Position numbers and translations under genes: made by a program. From a virus (Duplodnaviria; Heunggongvirae; Uroviricota; Caudoviricetes), in IMG/VR virus record IMGVR_UViG_2778261180_000001: a DNA stretch of 29,278 nt. The stretch is one strand, 5' to 3'. Within the stretch, counting starts at the first letter, position 1. Each line of letters starts with the position of its first letter. Below are positions 1 to 8,890 of this stretch, one piece after another. The notes under the pieces are model-generated. The model saw only the letters and a program-made list of their open reading frames with translations. It was not told where the DNA came from and did not search any database.

Positions 1-337
1 GAAAACGGGCGTAAACCTTACGCCGGACCACCGTTCCGCCGACCAGACTCTGCAGGTCTTCCGCCATCCCGGTGACCATGCCGTGCAGGTTAGAAACCGT
101 CAGTGTCGGACGGGCAGCACTGCCCTTGCCATTCAGTTCAAATCCCGTCCCCTGAATGGGGTATGCCTGATACTGCCGCCCCTGCCAGGTAACCGGCTCA
201 CCTTTTTCGTTCTGCTCATTACAGAAAAAATAACGTTCACCACCGACCTCTGTCAGATCGATTTCCCAGAGCACCACCTGGGCTGACTGAGTGAGGCGTG
301 TCGTCTCATGATGTGTTTCCTGTGGAATATCCTGCAT
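1..337 (-). CDS. Minor tail protein L (lambda gpL-like), 5' part only; the gene continues past the window start
   Basis: Minus-strand ATG at 337 gives MQDIPQETHHETTRLTQSAQVVLWEIDLTEVGGERYFFCNEQNEKGEPVTWQGRQYQ..., which I recognise as closely matching the lambda L N-terminus. Sits directly downstream of the M homolog. Truncated by the window edge. Confidence 0.85.
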   Translation of the reverse strand, partial: MQDIPQETHHETTRLTQSAQVVLWEIDLTEVGGERYFFCNEQNEKGEPVTWQGRQYQAYPIQGTGFELNGKGSAARPTLTVSNLHGMVTGMAEDLQSLVGGTVVRRKVYARF

Positions 338-346
338 CAGAGCCTC

Positions 347-676
347 CTATGCCACGACCTGTTCAAAATCTGCCGTTATGGTTATCCACAGCGCCCCCAC
401 GCTTGCCGACCATTTACGACAAACCACCCTGATCGGCTTCCAGTCATAAGGTGGCGTCCACTGAAATGCGCGGACGCCACCGTGCCGTTCCAGAAAGGCT
501 TTTAAAGATGGGTGTTCACATTTACGAACACGTATCGTCACGCTGTAAATCGACAACTGGTTATTCAGTCCCGCCGCACGACGCTGTTCATAACCATCGC
601 CCAGCTTCACTGTCACCACTTTCGGCTCTGATACCACATTCATATCCGGGCGCACTTTCCAGTGAAACGTCTCCAT
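347..676 (-). CDS. Minor tail protein M (lambda gpM-like)
   Basis: 109-aa ORF METFHWKVRPDMNVVSEPKVV...WTPPYDWKPIRVVCRKWSA...DFEQVVA resembles lambda M along its length. Its ATG at 676 overlaps the stop of the tape-measure gene. Confidence 0.85.
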   Translation of the reverse strand: METFHWKVRPDMNVVSEPKVVTVKLGDGYEQRRAAGLNNQLSIYSVTIRVRKCEHPSLKAFLERHGGVRAFQWTPPYDWKPIRVVCRKWSASVGALWITITADFEQVVA

Positions 677-3600
677 TACCGATATGCTCCACTTAACCGA
701 CCACCATCACGGGCCTGCTGTTGCATAAAGTCCGCTGCCGCTTTTTTCCCGAGGTCATAAACCACCTTCAGGGCAGCCGGACCTATCTGCCCGTTCGTGC
801 CATCGTTATTGATCTCGATGTTGTACTGCGGGGCAAACATCGCCATACCTGAACCACCAATATCCGCCACAACCCCCAGCTTACCGTCAGCACCACGACG
901 CAGTGGCAGAATGGCTTCAGGTCCCGCTTCCCCCATCACACCCGCGCCTTTTGCAAAAGCAAAAAACGTCGGACGGTTAACCACCGTGCCACTGTAACGA
1001 CTCAAATCAGCAGACTGATAAATCCCCCCATTGGCATTCAGGGAAAGGCTGCTGAGATCAAATCCCAGTACACTGCCAATCCCTTTTATCGATTTCATCA
1101 TGGTTGCCTGCGCCAGGATTTTCGCCATATCTGACAGCACAGAAGAGGTGAAGGATTTGAAATTGAGTTTGCCGGTAGTGACAAAAGTTGCCAGGCCATT
1201 TCCCATGTTGCTGAAGGCTGACGAGAACACCTGTTCTGCTGTTCCTGCCGTATTATCTGCATCCACGGTAAAATCCTGAAATGCACGCAGGACTCCGTTT
1301 TTCCAGTTACCCTGCACAACTTCAAGCTGTTGCCAGTAACGGCGATTCTCATTCAGTTGTCGGTTCAGGCTCTCCGTCAGCGCCTGCTCGGCCTTTCTGT
1401 AGTCATCCGTGTTATATGTTCCTTTCTGCTCACTATCCCGCCTCAACTGCTCCAGCTGTTGCTGGTATTTCTGGCGAAGACTCAGTTGTACCTGATATCG
1501 CTGCCGCTGCTGATCACCCATACCCACAGTGGCGATATCCAGGTCATGTTGCTGACGCTGAGCGCGCTCTTCTTCAGCCAGTTGACTGGTCAGCTGAATT
1601 GTTTTTTTCTTCAGCTCGTTGAGTGCCGTCTGTTTCTGAAGCTCCTGCTGTTTTACATCCAGCAGCGTCAGTGCCTGAATCAGTTCATCTTTACGGGCCA
1701 GCACACTCTTTTCATCTGCCGTCAGTTTTTTCCCGTCCAGGTCGCTGATGCGCTGCTGCAGAGCCAGAAGCTGTTTATGCGCTTCTGTCATCCTTTCCGT
1801 GGCAATGCCTGCTGACTGTCTGGCAGCAGCAATCTGTCCTTCCACCTGTGCCTGTTGCTGACTGTACTGCAGCAATAACCGGGTGGCCTCATCATTACGG
1901 GGGTCGCGTGTTTTTTTCTTACCGGATGCCAGGGCTTTCTCGTAACGTTCATTTTCACGTTGTATCGCCGCATCCCTGACAGCCTGATCGGCGTACTGCA
2001 TGGAATTAATACGCGCAATTTCACGCTGATGTCGTGCTGCTTCCGTTTCATTCATCCGGTTCAGTGCAGCATTTTCAGCATTACGGCGTTTCTGTTGCTC
2101 CTGATAATTCCGCTCTGCCTGCTCTTTTGCATCCTGCAAATCCTTCTGGCGTTTTTTCTCCTGAAGCTCGTTAAGACGCTGCTGATCGTACTCAACCTGA
2201 GAAGATGATGCCGTCCAGGGGAGTCTTTTCGCCCGCGACACTTTCTCCTGTAAAGCGGAAATCTGTTCATCCAGCGAGTCTTCACGACCAATATTCATGG
2301 CCGCATCCCAGAAACGACTCCATAAATCAGACAGATACTTCAGCGTACTGCCCAGCGCATTGAGGTTATTATCAATATCCGCAGTACGCCGACCGGTTTC
2401 CTCTGCCAGTGCAGACATGGCTATCCGTGCCGCATCACTGGACCGCCCCTGTTCCCCAAGGACGCGTATCTGCTCAAGCTGAGTGGCAGTAAGAAAATGC
2501 AGCTCATTGTCCAGAGCCTTCGCGGCATTTACAGGATCATCCTTCAGCCGCTTAAACTGATTTATGGTATCGCTGACCGACTGGCCAACCGATCGCTCCA
2601 TCTGTGCGGCAGCTCTCGCCACCATACCGATATCGTTTCCACGAAATGCACCACTCCCCACCACCTGAGCCAGCGCACCGGCTGCAGCATGTTGCGTAAT
2701 ACCATTCCCGGAAATAGCACGACTGAGCGTCCACAGCTGCCCGGCAGTGACTCCGGCATAATGCCCCGTCAGCGACAACTGGCGGTTAAATTCTTCCCCC
2801 TCCTTCTGACCATCATACCAGGCTTTACCCAGACCATAGACGGCCGCGGCAATACCGCCAATAACCCCGCCCAGCATCATGCCTTTCGGTGACATCAGTG
2901 TGTCTATCCATCCGGCACGGTTAGCCAGCGTTATCCCGGATCCCCTCAGCGCACCTAAATTGCCGCGAGCCAGTTCACCTATCAGAACGCCTATCTCCTG
3001 GCGGGCCGCTGCACTTTTCAGACCCAGCGAATGCGTGGCTTTTCCTGCCTGCTCCATTTTGCGGATATACACTTCTGCAGCACTGCTTACCCCCAGCTGG
3101 GCAGCCTTAGCACGAAGCAACTCAGAAGAAGAAAGATTCTGGCGGGTTGCCTGCTCTTTAAGCTGACGGATAAACGCCACTTTCTGTCGGGTAGCCTCTG
3201 CCTCAGCCTGCGTAAGAACACCGGTTTTCGCCGTAACCTCAGAAATCAGCGCCAGATAATCCTGCTGACCAATCCCGCCACTGTTTCTGGCCTGTCGGAT
3301 CTGCTGCTGAATACGCTGTAATTCCTGCAGTCCCGCACTGGCCTGTTTCACACTGTCAATCTGACGATAAAACGCGGCAGCCGCTTTATCCTGAGCCTCC
3401 GCCAGAGCCATGGCCTGCGCCTGTTCCTCGCGCATTTTCTGGCTCAGTGCCTCCATACGCTGGCGGGTTTGCTCCACCTCGCGGGCCATGCGTTCATGAG
3501 CCTGTGCGCTCTTCTCCACCGTCTGCGCATGGACGGATGCGGCTGTTGCAGCCGAAGAAGCCGCCTGCATTGTCTGCCGGGCGGCCTGAGTCTGACGCTC

Positions 3601-3741
3601 CATAAAACGCTGCATACGGGCAGAAGACCGTTCTGCATCGCTGGCTGCACCATTCAGAAGGTTTTTGATACGGGGAATTTCATTTTTAAACTCTGCCGCA
3701 TCAATCCCCAAATCAATGACCAGGTTGGCTATCTGGTCCAT
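676..3741 (-). CDS. Tail tape measure protein (lambda gpH-like)
   Basis: About 1021 aa, coiled-coil rich (Q/E/A/R-rich middle section), with a C-terminus ...IEINNDGTNGQIGPAALKVVYDLGKKAAADFMQQQARDGG matching the lambda H C-terminus. Start placed at ATG 3741 (MDQIANLVIDLGIDAAEF, like lambda H MAEPVGDLVVDLSLDAARF) with GGAGGTG 6 nt upstream; the longer ORF-track start at 3771 is probably not used. Confidence 0.9.
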   Translation of the reverse strand: MDQIANLVIDLGIDAAEFKNEIPRIKNLLNGAASDAERSSARMQRFMERQTQAARQTMQAASSAATAASVHAQTVEKSAQAHERMAREVEQTRQRMEALSQKMREEQAQAMALAEAQDKAAAAFYRQIDSVKQASAGLQELQRIQQQIRQARNSGGIGQQDYLALISEVTAKTGVLTQAEAEATRQKVAFIRQLKEQATRQNLSSSELLRAKAAQLGVSSAAEVYIRKMEQAGKATHSLGLKSAAARQEIGVLIGELARGNLGALRGSGITLANRAGWIDTLMSPKGMMLGGVIGGIAAAVYGLGKAWYDGQKEGEEFNRQLSLTGHYAGVTAGQLWTLSRAISGNGITQHAAAGALAQVVGSGAFRGNDIGMVARAAAQMERSVGQSVSDTINQFKRLKDDPVNAAKALDNELHFLTATQLEQIRVLGEQGRSSDAARIAMSALAEETGRRTADIDNNLNALGSTLKYLSDLWSRFWDAAMNIGREDSLDEQISALQEKVSRAKRLPWTASSSQVEYDQQRLNELQEKKRQKDLQDAKEQAERNYQEQQKRRNAENAALNRMNETEAARHQREIARINSMQYADQAVRDAAIQRENERYEKALASGKKKTRDPRNDEATRLLLQYSQQQAQVEGQIAAARQSAGIATERMTEAHKQLLALQQRISDLDGKKLTADEKSVLARKDELIQALTLLDVKQQELQKQTALNELKKKTIQLTSQLAEEERAQRQQHDLDIATVGMGDQQRQRYQVQLSLRQKYQQQLEQLRRDSEQKGTYNTDDYRKAEQALTESLNRQLNENRRYWQQLEVVQGNWKNGVLRAFQDFTVDADNTAGTAEQVFSSAFSNMGNGLATFVTTGKLNFKSFTSSVLSDMAKILAQATMMKSIKGIGSVLGFDLSSLSLNANGGIYQSADLSRYSGTVVNRPTFFAFAKGAGVMGEAGPEAILPLRRGADGKLGVVADIGGSGMAMFAPQYNIEINNDGTNGQIGPAALKVVYDLGKKAAADFMQQQARDGGRLSGAYR

Positions 3742-4042
3742 AACGCACACCTCCGGAAATACCTTCCCCAAGATGCATCAGTTCTTCGTCCGTTCGCTCC
3801 GGTATCCCGTTCTCTTCCGGTAAAAGGCTGAAATCAGCCACCGCAGCATCACTGCTACCGGACACCATTCTCACGATCAATGCCTTCAGCGAGGCAAACT
3901 GCGCATCCATCCACACATCACTGAAGCTATGCATCTGGAAATAATCGCCCCATTCACCAAGCTCAGTGGCCGACATTTCCGACAGCATCCGCCGCCAGTC
4001 TGCCCGCCGGAACTCCCGGGCAAGCCGCATGACAAACTGCAT
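3713..4042 (-). CDS. Tail assembly chaperone T-frame ORF, probably expressed only as a G-T fusion by -1 ribosomal frameshift
   Basis: ORF in the -1 frame relative to the G homolog, lying between G and H as in lambda. The T frame opens only within the last 8 codons of G, so a frameshift must occur in ...CCGGAAAAGTCC... (about 4053-4075). The boundaries of the fused product are inferred. Confidence 0.5.
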   Translation of the reverse strand: MQFVMRLAREFRRADWRRMLSEMSATELGEWGDYFQMHSFSDVWMDAQFASLKALIVRMVSGSSDAAVADFSLLPEENGIPERTDEELMHLGEGISGGVRYGPDSQPGH

Positions 4043-4050
4043 TTCCCGCG

Positions 4051-4437
4051 TCAGGACTTTTCCGGCGTCAGCACCTCATGCTCCAAATCCCCGGCATTCT
4101 CAATGGCTCCCATACCGCTCAGCGACAGAACCATCTCCGCCCCCGCTCCTAGGGCATCATACGACCATGTTGTAATAACGGATGCGCAAAGCGTCTCAAC
4201 ATCCTGAGACTGTTCCGCATTCCACAGTGAGCGGGAAACCAGCCAGGCATTGATATCCATCCCCATCCGCAGAAAAGCAATCTGTCGTTCAGCCTCCGGC
4301 AGTTCTCCCTCTTCGGCATCAAACTTTGCCGTTCGCTGCTGAACAAACGCCAGATATTCAATTCTCTGCAGCCCGGACAGCTCACTGAGCACCACGGACT
4401 GCTTTTCATAATTAAACGAGCCCTGTTTCAGAAACAT
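4051..4437 (-). CDS. Tail assembly chaperone G (lambda gpG-like)
   Basis: MFLKQGSFNYEKQSVVLSELSGLQRIEYLAFVQQ... resembles lambda G (MFLKTESFEHNGVTVTLSELSALQRIEHLAL). ATG at 4437 has a GGTGGAGA Shine-Dalgarno. Position between V and H fits. Confidence 0.8.
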   Translation of the reverse strand: MFLKQGSFNYEKQSVVLSELSGLQRIEYLAFVQQRTAKFDAEEGELPEAERQIAFLRMGMDINAWLVSRSLWNAEQSQDVETLCASVITTWSYDALGAGAEMVLSLSGMGAIENAGDLEHEVLTPEKS

Positions 4438-4497
4438 CATGTTCTCCACCTGCAAAAAAGCCCCGGATAACCGGGGCAAATGATGAGTATCGTCCTG

Positions 4498-5241
4498 TTA
4501 ACCTGCGGCGCTGACAGCCACCGCAGCCACGGCCACAAAATCGCCGTCAGAAGTCATGCCCACAATGCTGACACTGCCCTGCTTCACGCCTTTCACCGTG
4601 GCCACAAGCCCGTTCAGGGTCACCGTGGCAGTCTGTGGATCTGTCGAATGCACACTGATCGCTTTGTCACTGGCTCCGTCAGGTTTTACTGTAAAGGTCA
4701 GCGTGGTGGTTGCTCCCACTTTTACACTGGCAGATGCCGGTGCCACCGTCAGCCCGGTAACGCTCACTGTTTCAGTGCCTTCCTCTGCCAGATGCGGACG
4801 CCCCACACCGCTGATTTTCACTGTGCGGGTCATCACGTCTTTTGAGGCAATGGTTTTACCCAGTGAGCTCAGCCAGCCACGGAAAACATCAACAGTGCCG
4901 TTGGGATATTTGATACGAAACGCGCAGACTTCACCGGAGTCGAACAACTGAACCAGTTTTTTCTGCCCGCTGTCACCCGGACGCCAGGCCAGCGTCGCCG
5001 AAGTATCACCGACGGATTTCTGCCCCTGGGTTGTCGTTTTCCAGTCTGCATCTTCATCATCGAGATAAGTGTCATCTTCTGCATCAGCGGTCATTTCGCC
5101 AGGTTGCAGATCCTTCACCATCGCAAGACGCAGCCAGTCAGTGTCCGATAAAGGGTTCGCAAACGCATCGCCCTTGCCGGTGTACATCCAGAACGTCGTT
5201 CCCGCACCTTTCGTTTTTGCCAGTGGATTTGGTGTGGTCAT
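4498..5241 (-). CDS. Major tail protein V (lambda gpV-like) with C-terminal Ig-like domain
   Basis: MTTPNPLAKTKGAGTTFWMY...DDEDADWKTTTQGQKSVGDTSATLAW...YPNGTVDVFRGW matches lambda V. The ATG at 5241 is preceded by AGGAGGTG; the ORF track starts it two codons earlier at a GTG. Confidence 0.9.
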   Translation of the reverse strand: MTTPNPLAKTKGAGTTFWMYTGKGDAFANPLSDTDWLRLAMVKDLQPGEMTADAEDDTYLDDEDADWKTTTQGQKSVGDTSATLAWRPGDSGQKKLVQLFDSGEVCAFRIKYPNGTVDVFRGWLSSLGKTIASKDVMTRTVKISGVGRPHLAEEGTETVSVTGLTVAPASASVKVGATTTLTFTVKPDGASDKAISVHSTDPQTATVTLNGLVATVKGVKQGSVSIVGMTSDGDFVAVAAVAVSAAG

Positions 5242-5252
5242 TGCCACCTCCT

Positions 5253-5666
5253 TTAATTCGTGTACGTGATCTGGTATGTGATTTCCGCCATCGCCCAGGT
5301 GGCCATCTCATTATCACGTTGATAGTTAAAACCGAGAGGGATCAGGGTGTCGATGAGTCCGGAAAGTGCCGGTATATCATTCAGAGCCGGGAAAATGGTG
5401 CTCTCCATCCACATATCCAGCTCTGAATCCGGTGCCTGTGCCCGGATGAAGACAGCAATATGCAGAACAGCCTGCCAGTCATCTTCATCCGTCATTTTTC
5501 CGGTGTACTGAGCATCACTCAGCCACACCGCCACGGCAGGCAGTTCCTGCGCATCAATAAATGCCGGAAGCCCGTCAAAAAACGTGGCGCTGTCTCCACA
5601 CTGTTCCCGAAGGCGTGCCAGTACGGCCTGGCGGATTTGTGTATGTCGGTTCATCGGGTCAGCCAT
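5253..5666 (-). CDS. Tail terminator protein U (lambda gpU-like)
   Basis: ...ATFFDGLPAFIDAQELPAVAVWLSDAQYTG...DSELDMWMESTIFPALNDIPALSGLI... resembles lambda U. The start may instead be the internal ATG at 5654, which overlaps the Z stop as ATGA. Confidence 0.8.
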   Translation of the reverse strand: MADPMNRHTQIRQAVLARLREQCGDSATFFDGLPAFIDAQELPAVAVWLSDAQYTGKMTDEDDWQAVLHIAVFIRAQAPDSELDMWMESTIFPALNDIPALSGLIDTLIPLGFNYQRDNEMATWAMAEITYQITYTN

Positions 5667-6229
5667 AACCTCAGTTGTTGTTTCAGTGCATACCCCAGCT
5701 GTTTCGGCATTTCCGCAGCAATAATGCGGTCGCGGGCATCTTCAAATGCCTGTGTCAGCGGTCCGGACAGCGGGACTTTCACCACATCAATGGGGTAACG
5801 ATTTTTGCCATCAATACGCCGCATCACATGCCAGCGACCATTCGCCAGTTGCTGAATAAACGCATCCCGGAAAAGATATTTACCCACCTTCAGCACACTG
5901 CCACGGTACTGCAGTTTTCCACCACGCCGGGCCAGTCTGACCCGGGCTGTCCCCAGCTTAATAGCGGGCAGATTGCCCCGGTTAACGCGGATCCTGGCCG
6001 TCATTTTTCCTGACGGACTGGCTTTAAACACCCGGACACGCTGACGTACCAGTTTCAGGGGGATCCCTTTCACCTGGTTATCTCCCGCAACGGTATTCCC
6101 GGCAACCTGCCGGGTGGCGACCGAGACCGCTTTCTGTGCCACACGGTTTATCGCCCATGCGCTGGCCTGTGGCACCATACGGGTATCAAGGCTGTTCAGA
6201 TTACGGATGGCATTCTCAAGCCCCTTCAT
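5651..6229 (-). CDS. Minor tail protein Z (lambda gpZ-like)
   Basis: 192 aa; MKGLENAIRNLNSL...AINRVAQKA...NGRWHVMRRIDGKNRYPIDVVKVPL...LGYALKQQLRLWLTR matches lambda Z, including the same length. Confidence 0.8.
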   Translation of the reverse strand: MKGLENAIRNLNSLDTRMVPQASAWAINRVAQKAVSVATRQVAGNTVAGDNQVKGIPLKLVRQRVRVFKASPSGKMTARIRVNRGNLPAIKLGTARVRLARRGGKLQYRGSVLKVGKYLFRDAFIQQLANGRWHVMRRIDGKNRYPIDVVKVPLSGPLTQAFEDARDRIIAAEMPKQLGYALKQQLRLWLTR

Positions 6230-6240
6230 CCCACACCTCT

Positions 6241-6516
6241 TTACTCAATAAAGATCATTGGCTTACCGTTAAAACGTTCATGCCGTGTGACCGTCCATTG
6301 TTGTCCGTCATAAACAACGCGATCCCCGCGCCGTGGGCGGTATCCCGAAGAAAACACCACCAGAGAGACCGCAGGTCCGGACAGAGCATTCAGCTCTGCC
6401 AGTGTTTCTCCCGGGATCACAGTCATATCGGCATCATTAATCGAGGCTGTCTTTCCCATCTTTCTGACCGTGATCGCATCCATATGCGCTGCCAGCCGGG
6501 AAAAGGGATCAGACAT
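6241..6516 (-). CDS. Head-tail connector protein (lambda gpFII-like)
   Basis: 91 aa; the C-terminal RRGDRVVYDGQQWTVTRH resembles lambda FII RRGDTLTIGEENFWVDRV. Lies immediately upstream of Z as FII does in lambda. Confidence 0.6.
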   Translation of the reverse strand: MSDPFSRLAAHMDAITVRKMGKTASINDADMTVIPGETLAELNALSGPAVSLVVFSSGYRPRRGDRVVYDGQQWTVTRHERFNGKPMIFIE

Positions 6517-6832
6517 TGAGTTTTACCGGCACTTCTTCTGCACTGGTTCCGGCATCTGCCCAGACAACCCCGACCAGCGGATCAGAGCCGCTGTTAGTCA
6601 GCTGAACTTTTCCGGACTTCAGATAAACCTTCTTACCCGTTTTCATGTCATCCGTTTTCAGCTTAGGCAGCATAAACACACCTTCGGTCATGCCGTCGCC
6701 TGTTTCACCCTGTGGAATATCGGTCAGCGCCACCGCAAAAACATCACCCACCTGCACCAGATCTCCGCTGCTGATGGCTGCACTGGCAACAATCGCCACC
6801 GTTTTTCCTTCTTCTACAAAATTCTTTGCCAT
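6509..6832 (-). CDS. Small phage head-region protein (DUF2190-like), between capsid gene and FII-like gene
   Basis: ATG at 6832 with a GGAGA Shine-Dalgarno gives MAKNFVEEGKTVAIVASAAISSGDLVQVGDVFAVALTDIPQGETGDG... The family assignment is from memory of proteins commonly found after HK97-fold capsid genes; function is unknown. Confidence 0.55.
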   Translation of the reverse strand: MAKNFVEEGKTVAIVASAAISSGDLVQVGDVFAVALTDIPQGETGDGMTEGVFMLPKLKTDDMKTGKKVYLKSGKVQLTNSGSDPLVGVVWADAGTSAEEVPVKLNV

Positions 6833-6843
6833 AACTGTCTCCG

Positions 6844-6894
6844 CACAGCCCCGTTCAGGGGCTGATTTCAGGTACAAAAAAAGCCCTTACGGGC
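6844..6894 (-). terminator. Two tandem stem-loops downstream of the capsid gene; the second is followed by a T-run on the minus strand (attenuator or RNA-stabilising hairpins)
   Basis: Seen directly: CAGCCCCgttcaGGGGCTG (7-bp stem) and, on the minus strand, GGCCCgtaaGGGCTTTTTTT. Confidence 0.45.
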
Positions 6895-6918
6895 CATCAG
6901 AGTTGTTGTCTGCGACGT

Positions 6919-8877
6919 TTACGCCGTACATTTCACCAGACCGCGGTGATCAACTGGCGCGACACCGGCGTCAATACGCACTTTCGTTGTCACGCCATCC
7001 ACACTGAAGCCCTCCATCTGATCAATATATGGCGTATCCACACCGTTGAGATAAGCCACTTCAATCGTATCGGAGCCTTTTGACGCAGCCAGGTAGAAGG
7101 TGGTCTGGCTGTTATCATCAAGACGAGGCTCTGCAATAACGGTCGCAAAATCTTTCACCGGGTTAATAATACCGGCGTTAATGTCAGCCCCCTTGACACT
7201 TGAGGAGCGAATGACCTGGTTAGCAACAGACTCCATCGCCGTCGGTACCAGTACGAACGCAGGACGAATATTCAGATGACGCTCCCCCTCTTTCTGAACG
7301 CGCATCAACTGGCGGGCTTTATCCAGCGATGCCACGTCCATTGCAGCGCTCTCCAGTACGTTTGCATGTTTCGCTTTATCGAACAGACTTACATTATCTG
7401 TGGAGATTTTCGGGTTAGACGTCAGAATGGCATAAACCAGATCGGCAATAGTGGATTTCGCCGCACGGCCCAGTTTCATCGGGACATCGGTCAGCATATT
7501 CAGATCATCATTGATAATGGCCTGACGGGTGATACTGAACAGCTCGCCATAGGTCGCCAGTGCAATAGTGGCCTGTTTATCTCCGGTGGTGACGTATTTA
7601 TATTCCGCCCCTTCACGCACCTGACGCAGAGCACTGAAGCCCCCCATACCCACACGATGGGCAATTTTAAAATCAGACAACTGACCTTTCCGCGTCCACT
7701 GTTCATAGGTTTCAGGAGCATCTTCCCAGCCCTGCAGAATGGCTTTGTTCGCAACATCCAGCAGAATATTACCGAAGTCAGACGTACTGTGTGTGAACGC
7801 CGCACCGACCATCTGCATCGGGTTATAACTGGAAACCCCAATACCCCGTTCAGTCAGTGACATACGGGCATATTCACGCAGGGTCATCCCGTTGTAGACA
7901 TTATCACGTTCGGTTTTTTCAAATCCGGCACGCGCCATCAGCGCCTGGCGGATCCCGTCCCCCACAAAATTACCGTTACCGGCATAAATATGAGCCGGTG
8001 TATTTTTATTGGATGGCGTGGACTCGCGCCCCATCTCGTTCAACAGCTTTTCGCGGGCCTGCTCCAGCGAACATTCAGGATCGGCAAGACACTGAGCCTG
8101 CAGCGTCTGATAACGCCCGCCAAACATGGCAAACAGATCATTAATACCGTTTACACGCGCTTTTTGCTCTGCCAGTACCTGCGCACGGATACTGTTTTCA
8201 TCCACCACGGGTGCTGCTGCCTGCACTGGCGTCCGGGAGGCTGCAGGTTCATCATCCTGTACGCGTGGAGCACTGTTGCGTGGCGGAGTAATCATGTTTC
8301 GAATGGATTCCGGCATCTTTTTAAATTCCTCTGTACGTTTTGACTGAATACATGCCATTGCCTTAACGGCTGGCGTCACCTGATCAGCAAATCCATGTGC
8401 CAGACATTCGGCACCGGACATCCAGGTCTCATCCGCCAGCATGGCAGCAATTTCATCGGTGGTTTTCCCGGTTTTCTGTGCATAAGCGGGTAACAGAACC
8501 GCCTCAACCTTATCGAGCAGGTCGGCATAGGTGCGCATGTCCTCCGCATCACCGCCCGTAAAGCCAAATGGTTTATGAATCATCATGAAGGTGTTTTCCG
8601 GCATAATGACCGGGTTTCCCACCATCGCAATGACCGACGCCATTGACGCCGCCACACCGTCGACATAAACGGTAATGGACGCACCATGTGTTTTCAGTGC
8701 ATTAAAAATGGCGATGCCTTCAAAGACATCGCCACCCGGTGAATTGATATGGAGATTAATGTGGGTGATATCGCCCAGTGCATTCAGATCACTGATAAAC
8801 TGCTTCGCTGTAACACCCCAGAAACCAATCTCGTCATAAATATAAATATCCGCGTCACTCTGGTGACCAGCCTGCAT
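6919..8877 (-). CDS. Prohead protease - scaffold - major capsid fusion protein (ClpP-like protease domain, coiled-coil linker, HK97-fold capsid domain)
   Basis: N-terminal part has ClpP-type motifs (HINSPGGDVFEG, GVAASMASVIAMVG). The middle is a predicted coiled coil. The C-terminal roughly 400 aa look like an HK97-type major capsid protein. Start inferred at ATG 8877, overlapping the portal stop; the ORF-track start at 9138 lies inside the portal gene. Confidence 0.75.
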   Translation of the reverse strand: MQAGHQSDADIYIYDEIGFWGVTAKQFISDLNALGDITHINLHINSPGGDVFEGIAIFNALKTHGASITVYVDGVAASMASVIAMVGNPVIMPENTFMMIHKPFGFTGGDAEDMRTYADLLDKVEAVLLPAYAQKTGKTTDEIAAMLADETWMSGAECLAHGFADQVTPAVKAMACIQSKRTEEFKKMPESIRNMITPPRNSAPRVQDDEPAASRTPVQAAAPVVDENSIRAQVLAEQKARVNGINDLFAMFGGRYQTLQAQCLADPECSLEQAREKLLNEMGRESTPSNKNTPAHIYAGNGNFVGDGIRQALMARAGFEKTERDNVYNGMTLREYARMSLTERGIGVSSYNPMQMVGAAFTHSTSDFGNILLDVANKAILQGWEDAPETYEQWTRKGQLSDFKIAHRVGMGGFSALRQVREGAEYKYVTTGDKQATIALATYGELFSITRQAIINDDLNMLTDVPMKLGRAAKSTIADLVYAILTSNPKISTDNVSLFDKAKHANVLESAAMDVASLDKARQLMRVQKEGERHLNIRPAFVLVPTAMESVANQVIRSSSVKGADINAGIINPVKDFATVIAEPRLDDNSQTTFYLAASKGSDTIEVAYLNGVDTPYIDQMEGFSVDGVTTKVRIDAGVAPVDHRGLVKCTA

Positions 8878-8890
8878 CCTGAACCAGGAA

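Noticed and set aside
797-3321. Numerous 60-160-aa plus-strand ORFs inside the tape-measure gene (for example 1330-1815, 2497-2892, 3031-3321)
   Set aside because: They are antisense to a confidently identified 1021-aa tape-measure gene, have low-complexity translations and lack Shine-Dalgarno sequences. They are typical shadow ORFs of a long GC-rich gene.
7276-8347. Plus-strand ORFs antisense to the protease-capsid fusion gene (7276-7860, 7990-8343 and others)
   Set aside because: Shadow ORFs within a well-supported structural gene, with no independent signals.
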